A stretch of 48,254 bases of DNA from Candidatus Woesebacteria bacterium (lineage in GTDB: Bacteria; Patescibacteriota; Microgenomatia; UBA8517; UBA10165): NCBI GenBank assembly GCA_002686465.1, contig NZCP01000012.1, positions 1 to 48,254 on the forward strand, read 5' to 3'. A model generated the notes under the pieces. That model had not been told where the DNA came from. It did not search any database and saw only the letters and a program-made list of their open reading frames with translations. This document shows, piece after piece, positions 1 to 7,867 of this stretch (its first letter is position 1; every line of letters begins with the position of its first letter). A program made the position numbers and the translations under genes.

Positions 1-876
1 CCCCGGGTTTGCAATCGGCAGAGGCGGCAATCCTGTATTTGTGTATGTATTGTAGGACGACCTTCGTTCCTTGTCCGCAGCTGTGGGAACCTTCCACCAA
101 TCACAACCAAAAGGAAAACTTCCAGTCTTTACAACACATCTTTGATTACCAACTAAGTATTGGAGAGTAGCATCAGTTTGGAGCGGCCAACCAGCATCTA
201 ATCTCTTAAGCAAGATTCCAGCAACAATTGGTCTTTCCGCACCCGTTAGTGTTTCGCGCTCAACAATAGAGGCAAGAGTAACAACTTCACCAAAACCCAA
301 GCCCCTTGTATTGCCGTCGGAAATCATCTTACTTGTAACTTTAGCGCCAATTGTTGAGCGAAGTTTGTCGACAACAACTCTGGCCGTAACATCCCTTGGA
401 AAGAGGTATGTGTCTGGAAATAGAAATCCCTCTTTTCCTTCCGATTCCTTCATAAACTCCTTAGCAAATTCAAGACTAGTTGCCTGATCCATACCTAGTG
501 ATTTTGTGGTTCTTTCCGCAAGCTCTTCGCGTCGCAAACCCTCAGGATATGTCACCCATAACTCTCTTGGCCCCCTTAGAAGTACATCAACCATTTGTGC
601 CAAGCCAAGATTTTGAGAAAGGAGATAATCACCCGCCTGTATTGACTTTGTCCTTCCTGTCACCTGTACATAAAGACGAAAGGCAAGATTGCTTTTGACA
701 AGTCTTTTTTCTTCTAAACGCGAGGCAATTTTTTCGGCTGATTGGCCTTTTGGAATAACAAACCCTTGTAAATCCTCATTATCTTTGTCGACCGGGCCAG
801 ACGCATTACTCCACCAAAGAAAAATAAGTACTGAGACAAGAATTATAAATAATGGGGGAAAAATAGCCCGTTTCAT
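1..876 (-). CDS. mltG: Endolytic murein transglycosylase MltG/YceG family; 3' end runs off the left edge (partial)
   Basis: Absent from the ORF track because there is no stop in the window. My minus-strand translation from ATG at 876 gives MKRAIFPPLFIILVSVLIFLWW (TM)...QAGDYLLSQN...FLFPDTYLFP...LASIVERET...YNTYTNTGLPPLPIANPG. These are the YceG signature blocks, and the frame stays open to base 1. Confidence 0.85.
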   Translation of the reverse strand, partial: MKRAIFPPLFIILVSVLIFLWWSNASGPVDKDNEDLQGFVIPKGQSAEKIASRLEEKRLVKSNLAFRLYVQVTGRTKSIQAGDYLLSQNLGLAQMVDVLLRGPRELWVTYPEGLRREELAERTTKSLGMDQATSLEFAKEFMKESEGKEGFLFPDTYLFPRDVTARVVVDKLRSTIGAKVTSKMISDGNTRGLGFGEVVTLASIVERETLTGAERPIVAGILLKRLDAGWPLQTDATLQYLVGNQRCVVKTGSFPFGCDWWKVPTAADKERRSSYNTYTNTGLPPLPIANPG

Positions 877-886
877 CAAAGTGAGG

Positions 887-1117
887 TTAAACTTCTTCAA
901 GAAGGGCACGTCGATACTTTTTGTTAGTTGCATCATGGATAAAAATCCTCCCACAACTGCAAGCAACTTTTTCATCTCCTTTTTTACTTTTGACACTTTC
1001 TCCAACAGATAGCGGAGTTCCACAACCCACACATCTACCTTGAGACAAGAGCCACGCCTGAACCGGCGCGATAACATTTTTGAAGACTCGTGGAATTCTT
1101 ACTCTTTTTTTTGCCAT
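887..1117 (-). CDS. Small zinc-ribbon protein (CVGCG...CSCG), function unknown
   Basis: 76-aa ORF between ruvX and mltG on the same strand. It has two Cys pairs (CxxC and CxC) and a basic N-terminus. Confidence 0.5.
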   Translation of the reverse strand: MAKKRVRIPRVFKNVIAPVQAWLLSQGRCVGCGTPLSVGESVKSKKGDEKVACSCGRIFIHDATNKKYRRALLEEV

Positions 1118-1145
1118 GATACCCTGATAACAGAAAGCCTAAATC

Positions 1146-1541
1146 TTACTTACTACCTTTAGCTGAATCTAAGTACGATTGTAGCATAACAGAGGCTGCA
1201 AATGCATCTTCGAGAACCCGCCGTTTTTTTTGTGGTAGGCCTGCCTCTATCGCAAGCGTTTGTGCATCTTGGGTGGTTAATGTTTCATCCCATGTTTCTA
1301 TTGGAACTTTAAGATGCTTTTCGAGCTCTTGGACAAATTCTGTCTGCTCATCTGCTATATTGCCCTCGGCTATACCAACAATCACCTTTTCTACCTCTTC
1401 CTCTTTTACTACCTGAACGATTTTCTCTATTGCATCTTGCACAGAGTTAACCTTGACAACTTTTAATGGGTCTGCCAACTTCCCTTCTGCCACCGCAATA
1501 CCAATCTTTGCTCTGCCATAATCAACCCCTAATATCTTCAT
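1146..1541 (-). CDS. ruvX: Putative pre-16S rRNA nuclease / Holliday junction resolvase-like RuvX (YqgF)
   Basis: N-terminus MKILGVDYGRAKIGIAVAE is the YqgF signature. Length is 131 aa, and it sits in the classic position next to alaS/mltG. Confidence 0.9.
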   Translation of the reverse strand: MKILGVDYGRAKIGIAVAEGKLADPLKVVKVNSVQDAIEKIVQVVKEEEVEKVIVGIAEGNIADEQTEFVQELEKHLKVPIETWDETLTTQDAQTLAIEAGLPQKKRRVLEDAFAASVMLQSYLDSAKGSK

Positions 1542-2212
1542 ATTTGACTAGGCGGTACAAGCCTCCCTCTCACAACCAGTCTTTTCAGGTATGTCCCCGG
1601 AGGGACGCAGGTAATCAAAGTAAGATAAGAGTCATCGTATCTTTGCTCAAGAACTTGGACGTCGGTCGGTCTTACTTCAAACATTTCCTCAATTCTAAAA
1701 CTGTAAGTAATACCATCATATTCTAGTTTTACGATGTTACCCTTCTCAACGGTCGGCAAAGTAGAAAAGATAGATAGATAATTCTCGGGGTCAAAAAGTT
1801 GAGGCAAGGTCGAGTGCCCAAAAATGACTGTGTTTCCGGGTCGACCCGGAAGCGCAGTCCCTTGGTAATGAATGAGACTCTCGGCAAGATCATCTCCTCC
1901 AATTTCTACACTTGCACCATCAATCTTAAGACCTGGAATAGAAAGATTGTAATAGTTAACTTTAGAAGGGGTGTCGTCTAGACCCGGAGACCCAACAAAC
2001 CAATTCCTCGCTTTGGTCAAATTTAATGGGTAGGCTTCAGTAGTACCTCTATTACTACCTGTTGAAATCGGCGAAACAAGTTCCTCGCGCAAAGTCAGAT
2101 GCGTTGCGGCAAAAAGTTCGTAGCTCAAAATTGGCCAACCGGCATTTACTAGAAGAACCAGGCCTATTACAACCAAACCCAAAGAAACTACTCTTGAAAT
2201 TTTTCCCTTCAC
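1538..2212 (-). CDS. Sortase family transpeptidase
   Basis: N-terminal TM segment, VIFGHST (catalytic His), LTLITCVPPG (TLxTC catalytic Cys) and VVRGRL (Arg). It has 4-nt overlaps with both neighbours. Confidence 0.85.
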   Translation of the reverse strand: MKGKISRVVSLGLVVIGLVLLVNAGWPILSYELFAATHLTLREELVSPISTGSNRGTTEAYPLNLTKARNWFVGSPGLDDTPSKVNYYNLSIPGLKIDGASVEIGGDDLAESLIHYQGTALPGRPGNTVIFGHSTLPQLFDPENYLSIFSTLPTVEKGNIVKLEYDGITYSFRIEEMFEVRPTDVQVLEQRYDDSYLTLITCVPPGTYLKRLVVRGRLVPPSQI

Positions 2213-4485
2213 CGCTCTGCTGCCACCTCAATTATAATATTGTCGCTTAAACGAGGGAGTGTTCCAAGCTTTCCTGGCAATTTTAGACTGAAGGAAATTT
2301 CTACCCTTGCGAATCCAGGAATTGTTGCAAGGTACTCTTTTGCAACAGGAGGATATTTGCCAGCGATTGCCTCAGCAATTTCGTCGGGGTTCACTTTGGG
2401 CAAAAGATTCGCTTTAATTTCTGCAACAAGCGCACTGGTCTCTTCCTCATCCTCTGCCACTTCTGCCCTTTTATAAGTAATCTCAATTTGGTCCGGGCGA
2501 AGCGTAAATCCTTCTGGGACATCTTTTTCAATTTCTGAATTAATAAGACTTTCAACACCGTCCACAAGCAAAGCTGTGGCAACAATGTCTGCGTTAATAG
2601 TCAACTTTAATGTTGTGGTTTCCTCACCTAACTTATGACTGAACGAATTCTCAACCGCCCGTAGGTAGACTGAATCTTCAACTAAAACTTCTCCTTCTGC
2701 TGCGTCTTTTTTTAACTCTTCTATACCGCGTTCCAAAAGCTCACGAGTTAACTCATCTGTCAAAGTATCCCTGTCTTCTTCTGAGACCGCTGCCACAGAA
2801 CGCGAAGTTCCGCCCGATAGTGCCTCTGTATTTTGGGCAACAAAGTCAGCCTTAGAAAAATTGCCAACAGAAAACTCTGTGGTACCTGCTAAATTATATT
2901 GTGCCCCAATGTCCGCAGCTGTTACGGATGCTGGCACCTTGGCAGCATTTGTAATACTGCTGCCAGTTGCCACGGAGGCAGACTCATCAAGTATAAACTT
3001 CAACCCGTTTGGACCCAATAATACAGTCCCGCTTTTCAGTATGGTTGCAGCTCCAACATGGTGTATGATAACTTGACCTTTTGCTCGATCACCAATGGTC
3101 TTTGCACCCGAGGTTGAAGTCGTCTTCTCTCCCGAAACTATACTTTCAACAACTTTCCCCGGTACTATTTTATTTGCGTTATCTACAACCGAAAGTTTTG
3201 GATCGACGCCAAACTCCAGACTCTTTTCAAGTTTCTCAGGAGAAACATAAATAGTTACTTTTGCCTTTGGCAAATACCAATAAGCCAAGATGCCAGCTAA
3301 GAAAAGAAGAATGAGTCCGACTCCAGCTATAATTAGTAATCGCATACCGCCTCCTCCAAAAGAAAATGATGGCAGAGTTAATGATAAACCACTGAATATA
3401 CCAGATACCTTAGAAAGAAGCGAAGCCGTCTGTTCTTTTCTAACATCTTGTCCAGATGGGACCGGCAGTTCTTGAGGCTGAGGAGGTGTTCCTGCTGGTA
3501 TTTGCCCTTCTCCTATCTCATCCTTTGACGTCACCTGCTCTCCTATATCGACTGTTTGGGGCTTACTGCTGGCAACATCCGCACCTTGCAGAAATCCTAG
3601 CTCTTCGGGTGAGACTTCCCGAAGCTCCTTTTCCGGGGCCACTTCCTCATTTGACTCTTCACTCTCTGCACTTTTTTCCTCCTCAACCCCAAAAGAGTCC
3701 TCCTCGTCTTTCGGTAAAACTACTGTTTTTGCGTGTCCAACTTCTGCTCCTCCCGCCAAGGAAACAGCAGAAACACCAATATCCTCGGGCAAAATTTCAA
3801 CCTTAGGTGTGTGAAGAAAGGTAACCTTACTATCCTTCCATTCTGCGTCAATAAGGTTTTGTCTCGCCTCATCCAAATTCTCAGCCCGGTGGTTGTAAAG
3901 AAGTATGCGCGATGGGTACTGGTCAAGATCTGGCAGTCTAGCTAAACCTTCTGCAACGTCCGCACCTAAAGAAATGCTTCTGGCAACTTCAACAGTCCCA
4001 AGCATCTTGCCGTTATATACAAGAGCAACCTCAATAGAATCTTCGCTAAGGCCAACAAGAAGACAGTTTGGGGGCGCACCTTCTTTTACTTTTAAAAAAT
4101 GGACAATTGATTCTGGTATGGCAACAAACCCTGCTGGGGTCAGCTCCAGCTCTTGGGAAAGTTTTTTCAAAAGACGCAGGCGGTCCTCTTGAATCGATCC
4201 TTCCTCGGACCAAGAAGACGGTAATCCAAATACAACCTTGCTTGGTTCCTTCACATCCTCCTCGAGACTTGCCGCGGCAGCAGAAAGAGAACTATCACAA
4301 GCCGATACCAAACTTTCATCATCTCCCTCCTGCCAAGAGCCGATCCCCCCTTGTGCAATCACCTCGGCTTTTTCGTCAACAACCCTCCAAATACCTGATT
4401 CAACCCAACTGTCGCCTATAACTAAGCTCCAGAAAAGCTCTGTTTCTTGACTATCACCTTTTTTGAAAATATTACCTAAAACCAT
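2209..4485 (-). CDS. Bitopic membrane protein: degenerate FtsA/PilM-like actin-fold N-domain, acidic linker, TM helix (aa 381-405), large extracellular domain
   Basis: 758-aa ORF. ASKHA-like blocks are LVIGDSWVESGIW, VVFGLPSSW, GFVAIPESIV, CLLVGLSEDSIEVALVYNG and SISLGADV. The TM helix is MRLLIIAGVGLILLFLAGILAYWYL. The function call is tentative. Confidence 0.5.
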   Translation of the reverse strand: MVLGNIFKKGDSQETELFWSLVIGDSWVESGIWRVVDEKAEVIAQGGIGSWQEGDDESLVSACDSSLSAAAASLEEDVKEPSKVVFGLPSSWSEEGSIQEDRLRLLKKLSQELELTPAGFVAIPESIVHFLKVKEGAPPNCLLVGLSEDSIEVALVYNGKMLGTVEVARSISLGADVAEGLARLPDLDQYPSRILLYNHRAENLDEARQNLIDAEWKDSKVTFLHTPKVEILPEDIGVSAVSLAGGAEVGHAKTVVLPKDEEDSFGVEEEKSAESEESNEEVAPEKELREVSPEELGFLQGADVASSKPQTVDIGEQVTSKDEIGEGQIPAGTPPQPQELPVPSGQDVRKEQTASLLSKVSGIFSGLSLTLPSFSFGGGGMRLLIIAGVGLILLFLAGILAYWYLPKAKVTIYVSPEKLEKSLEFGVDPKLSVVDNANKIVPGKVVESIVSGEKTTSTSGAKTIGDRAKGQVIIHHVGAATILKSGTVLLGPNGLKFILDESASVATGSSITNAAKVPASVTAADIGAQYNLAGTTEFSVGNFSKADFVAQNTEALSGGTSRSVAAVSEEDRDTLTDELTRELLERGIEELKKDAAEGEVLVEDSVYLRAVENSFSHKLGEETTTLKLTINADIVATALLVDGVESLINSEIEKDVPEGFTLRPDQIEITYKRAEVAEDEEETSALVAEIKANLLPKVNPDEIAEAIAGKYPPVAKEYLATIPGFARVEISFSLKLPGKLGTLPRLSDNIIIEVAAER

Positions 4486-4499
4486 AAGTTCGTTAGAAA

Positions 4500-4568
4500 G
4501 TAACAGGTAACATGTAACAAGAAAGCCTTGAAGTTAGAACTCTCAACCTGTCACTTGTTACTTGTCAC
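4500..4568. repeat. Heptad (GTNACAN)x3 inverted-repeat element, copy 1 (arms 4500-4521 and 4547-4568, 25-nt spacer)
   Basis: gtaacaggtaacatgtaacaag ...25 nt... cctgtcacttgttacttgtcac. The arms match 17/22 as reverse complements. The distal arm supplies the last codons and stop of alaS. Confidence 0.8.
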
Positions 4569-6333
4569 TAATTACTGCATATATCCGGCGCACGCCAGCT
4601 CCTGCGGATTCTTCCTTTGTAATTTTAACATGCCCTAACTCTTTCGTGTTATCGACGTGCGGACCCCCACAAACCTCTTTCGAAAAGACTTGTCCTGAGG
4701 ACATTCGGCTGAGCTCAGTCGAAGCCCCTGTCGAAGGACTAATCGAATATACCTTGACACGATCTCCATATTTTTCTCCAAAGAAGGCAAGAGCACCCTC
4801 CTTTATTGCCGCGTCATATGTTGACTCGCGCGATGTGACTGGCAACCCCTCTTTAATCTTCTCGTTCATTAAATCTTCGACTTTCTTTACCTCCTCCTGG
4901 CCCAGAGCTTTCGGATGAGAAAAATCAAACCGCAAACGCTCTGACGTTATGTTCGAACCCTTCTGCTCTACATGTTTCCCCAAGATAGTGCGCAGGGATT
5001 GATGCAAAAGATGTGTTGCAGTATGCAACTTTCGGGTCGCAGGACTATCTTCTGCCAGTCCGCCTTTGAACATTCCACCAGAGGCAGTTCGCGAAAGATC
5101 CTGGTGTTTTTTAAATTCCTTCTCGAATTGCTTGTGGTCAATCTTTTGTCCTTTTTCCTCAAACAATTCTTCTGTTATTTCTAAAGGAAAGCCATAAGAC
5201 TGATAAAGGTCAAAAGCAATCTTCCCATCGATTTTTTTAATCTTGCCAACTTCTTTCATACCTCTATCTAAGCTTTTTGCGAACCGCTCCAGTTCTTCTC
5301 CAATCACATCCTGAGCCTTCTTCTCATCTACTAGATCTGCTACTTTCGATACAGGAGAGCCAAGAGCATGCATTTTGACCGCCGCTCGGCGCAAAAGCCG
5401 ACGGAGTATGTAACCATGAAGTTTATTTGCAGGTAGTACACCATCTTTAACAAGGGCAATAGAGGCTCGCGTGTGGTCTGCTATTACTCTCATTGCTGGC
5501 TGGCTGGCTGGGTCAGAGTATTTTTTACCTGACCATTCTTCTATATCACTTATCATTTTTGAAAAAAGATCAATTGCGAATACATCCGAGTCGCCCTTGA
5601 CTGCTGCAGCGAGTCTTTCCAGACCTCCTCCAAAATCAACACTTTTTTGTGGCAGCTCTTCTAGCCCGCTTTTAGTTTTTTTATATTCGATAAAGACAGA
5701 ATTTCCTATTTCTAGGAACCTCCCACAGTCGCAATTCGGATGACACTCCTTGCCATACTTGGGGTCATGCTTTGTGCCAAAGTCGTAAAAAACCTCAGAA
5801 TCTGGTCCGCCTATATCACCCTCTACCATATTGTCGGGTGTTCCAGAACGAGACCACCAATTATTATCTACCCCATACCAAAAAATCCTATCTTCAGGAA
5901 TCCCTAAATTTTTCCAGATAGCAGCTGATTCTTCATCTTTGGCAACACCATCGCCTCCTTCAAAAAGGGTGACATAAAGTTTTTCTTTGGGGAGCCCTAA
6001 CTCTTTCGTCAAGAATTCATAAAACCAGCTCAACTGTTCCTCTTTAAAGTAGTCTCCCAAAGACCAGTTGCCAAGCATTTCAAAAAAAGTTGTATGACGG
6101 TTATCGCCAACTTCCTCTATATCTTCTAAACGCAAGGAAGGTTGGGAATTTACTAATCGTTTACCCTCCGGGTGGTCTTTACCAAGAATATAGGGAACTA
6201 GAGGTTGCATGCCGGCGGAAACAAAAAGTGTTGTCGGATCGTTTTCTGGCACAAGTGGGCTAGATGGAATATGTTTATGCCCACGTTTTTCAAAAAACTT
6301 AATAAATTTTTCGCGAATTTCGTCGGAGGTCAT
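4558..6333 (-). CDS. alaS: Alanine--tRNA ligase, short form lacking the C-Ala domain
   Basis: Motifs FFEMLGNWSLGDYF, GGGLERL, editing-domain HTATHLLHQ and CGGPHV. The ORF opens at 6366, but MTSDEIREKFIKFFEKRGH (ATG 6333) is the canonical N-terminus. Confidence 0.93.
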   Translation of the reverse strand: MTSDEIREKFIKFFEKRGHKHIPSSPLVPENDPTTLFVSAGMQPLVPYILGKDHPEGKRLVNSQPSLRLEDIEEVGDNRHTTFFEMLGNWSLGDYFKEEQLSWFYEFLTKELGLPKEKLYVTLFEGGDGVAKDEESAAIWKNLGIPEDRIFWYGVDNNWWSRSGTPDNMVEGDIGGPDSEVFYDFGTKHDPKYGKECHPNCDCGRFLEIGNSVFIEYKKTKSGLEELPQKSVDFGGGLERLAAAVKGDSDVFAIDLFSKMISDIEEWSGKKYSDPASQPAMRVIADHTRASIALVKDGVLPANKLHGYILRRLLRRAAVKMHALGSPVSKVADLVDEKKAQDVIGEELERFAKSLDRGMKEVGKIKKIDGKIAFDLYQSYGFPLEITEELFEEKGQKIDHKQFEKEFKKHQDLSRTASGGMFKGGLAEDSPATRKLHTATHLLHQSLRTILGKHVEQKGSNITSERLRFDFSHPKALGQEEVKKVEDLMNEKIKEGLPVTSRESTYDAAIKEGALAFFGEKYGDRVKVYSISPSTGASTELSRMSSGQVFSKEVCGGPHVDNTKELGHVKITKEESAGAGVRRIYAVISDK

Positions 6334-6395
6334 GATGGAATCGCCCTTTTGGGATAGTAGGGTCATTCTACCAAATCATGCTTAGTAGTAACACC

Positions 6396-6824
6396 CTAGG
6401 AACTCAAAGGCTTCCCATCTTTGTGGAAACGGCGACCACGCTCTTGAAGAGTTTTGATATGTTGATGGCCTGAATCTTCCTCATTCCCGTTTTGGTCATC
6501 CAATAGTTTCCCCTCAAGATCCACTCCGGTTTCATCCTTTTCCCGCTTTACAGCTTTTCTCTTGTTGGAAAGAAGCTCTACAAGATTCTTAATACCCTTA
6601 AGTCCATCAACAAACCCAGCAAAGCCAACGATCGGCCGAGCTACTGAGCTTGAAATCAGATTTGCGTCGGTTAAGATCTTGTTAAACTTTTTTACAGTCT
6701 GCTTTGTCTCGCGAAGAATAAAAAATACCTGAATTCCAACAACAACAAGGAGCACTGTTAAAAGTGCAACAACAGAGAAGAGTAATATTTGTGTGGGTTC
6801 CATAGTCGCAGTTTCAGAGTACAT
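6396..6824 (-). CDS. Small membrane protein (single N-terminal TM, DUF948-like), function unknown
   Basis: 142-aa ORF. The TM segment ILLFSVVALLTVLLVVVGIQVFFIL is followed by a helical region and a charged tail. An alternative start is ATG 6803. Confidence 0.5.
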   Translation of the reverse strand: MYSETATMEPTQILLFSVVALLTVLLVVVGIQVFFILRETKQTVKKFNKILTDANLISSSVARPIVGFAGFVDGLKGIKNLVELLSNKRKAVKREKDETGVDLEGKLLDDQNGNEEDSGHQHIKTLQERGRRFHKDGKPLSS

Positions 6825-6837
6825 TACTCACACTTGG

Positions 6838-7443
6838 TCAGTCAATACTGTGTCGAAGTGTTGTTGTCTTTCCAGCCCGAGAAGTAGCCTCAATTTCGAC
6901 TATTCCGTCAACTATATCTTGTTTCCCCAACTGCACACTAAAGCTTCCGTTTTCCTCAACCAATACAGCTTGTCCTACAACTTCAACAGTTGCATTAGGC
7001 GAAGTTTTACCAGAAATTACTATCCTCTCTGCATTTGCGGTGTCTATAACCTCCAAAGGCGGCGGAGCTACAAAAACCATATATTGTCGCACCAAGTAAA
7101 ACGCCAAAACTAAAATTGTAACGGCAGAAACTGCCAGAATGGTTGTCTTTGGAGTCCAAAGCGGCACCGATCCTAAAGGCGCATTGACGTTTTGGGATAT
7201 AGTCTGTATTTGGGGAAAATCACGACGCAGGAGTGCTGCCACAAGTTCTGGGTCAACACTAACTATTTGGGCATAGCTCTTAGCAAAACCGCAAGCTACT
7301 GAAAAGTTAGGCAAAGACTCCCAATCAGAAGACTCAAGAGCTTTTAAGAACTTTTCTTTTATCTTTGTCTGTCCTGATATTTGGGCAAGTGATTTTTTTC
7401 TCCTCTTTCTTGCTTCTATCAGAAGCAAACCAGCTGTTTTCAT
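6838..7443 (-). CDS. RodZ-like helix-turn-helix membrane protein
   Basis: N-terminal HTH (LIEARKRRKKSLAQISGQTKIKEKFLKALE), central TM segment, and a C-terminal beta-rich domain. Confidence 0.6.
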   Translation of the reverse strand: MKTAGLLLIEARKRRKKSLAQISGQTKIKEKFLKALESSDWESLPNFSVACGFAKSYAQIVSVDPELVAALLRRDFPQIQTISQNVNAPLGSVPLWTPKTTILAVSAVTILVLAFYLVRQYMVFVAPPPLEVIDTANAERIVISGKTSPNATVEVVGQAVLVEENGSFSVQLGKQDIVDGIVEIEATSRAGKTTTLRHSID

Positions 7444-7465
7444 AACAATAAGTTAAAAGTTATAT

Positions 7466-7484
7466 GTGACATGTAACATGTTAA
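7466..7484. repeat. Heptad repeat arm (copy 2, distal arm)
   Basis: gtgacatgtaacatgttaa. It matches the reverse complement of 7845-7867 at 14 of the first 16 positions. Confidence 0.65.
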
Positions 7485-7488
7485 TAGA

Positions 7489-7842
7489 TTACTGTGACTT
7501 CATAAGTTTCCATAGAACTTTACCACAATTTTCTCTTAACTCAGAGGCTTTCTTGTAATCTGCGGCTGGAACATACTTCCTTTTAAGAGCAAACTGGAGA
7601 AGATAGTCTGCCTCTGCCAAAGATCCTAAAGATATTCTCAAAAAATGCCTGAACTCATTTTTGTTGTGTCTAGAATGTCCTTCCACTATATTCAGTGGAA
7701 CTGATAACACCGCTCTTCTTAACTGGGAAGTTAAACCATAAAGCTCGTGTTTTGGGAGTTTATCAGTTAGTTTGTAAACTGTCCACGCTAATTCGTCCGC
7801 AAGTTGCCAGGCTATTAATCTTTTGTATCCCACTTCCTGCAT
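7489..7842 (-). CDS. Four-helix-bundle protein (23S rRNA intervening-sequence protein family)
   Basis: WQLADELAWTVYKLTDKLPKHELYGLTSQLRRAVLSVPLNIVEGHSRHNKNEFRHFLRISLGSLAE matches the family signature (LTSQLRRA..S...NI.EG). Start is ATG 7842 or TTG 7845. Confidence 0.8.
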   Translation of the reverse strand: MQEVGYKRLIAWQLADELAWTVYKLTDKLPKHELYGLTSQLRRAVLSVPLNIVEGHSRHNKNEFRHFLRISLGSLAEADYLLQFALKRKYVPAADYKKASELRENCGKVLWKLMKSQ

Positions 7843-7844
7843 CA

Positions 7845-7867
7845 ACTTGTTACCTGTTACTTGTCAC
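7845..7867. repeat. Heptad repeat arm (copy 2, proximal arm)
   Basis: acttgttacctgttacttgtcac. It contains the 13-mer tgttacttgtcac shared with 4556-4568 and 20978-20990, and it abuts the ftsK stop codon. Confidence 0.75.

Noticed and set aside
480-1012. Plus-strand ORFs of 72 and 107 aa
   Set aside because: They lie antisense to the clearly recognisable mltG reading frame (1-876) and the Zn-ribbon ORF. Their composition is low-complexity and no motifs are present.
4500-4568. Possibility that the heptad repeats are a degenerate CRISPR array
   Set aside because: The arms are inverted rather than direct. There are only two per locus and the units are 7 nt. No cas genes are present and there is no array of spacers.
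7489-7845. Four-helix-bundle gene as evidence of a 23S rRNA intervening sequence
   Set aside because: No rRNA-like sequence flanks it. It sits between the protein-coding ftsK and rodZ-like genes.
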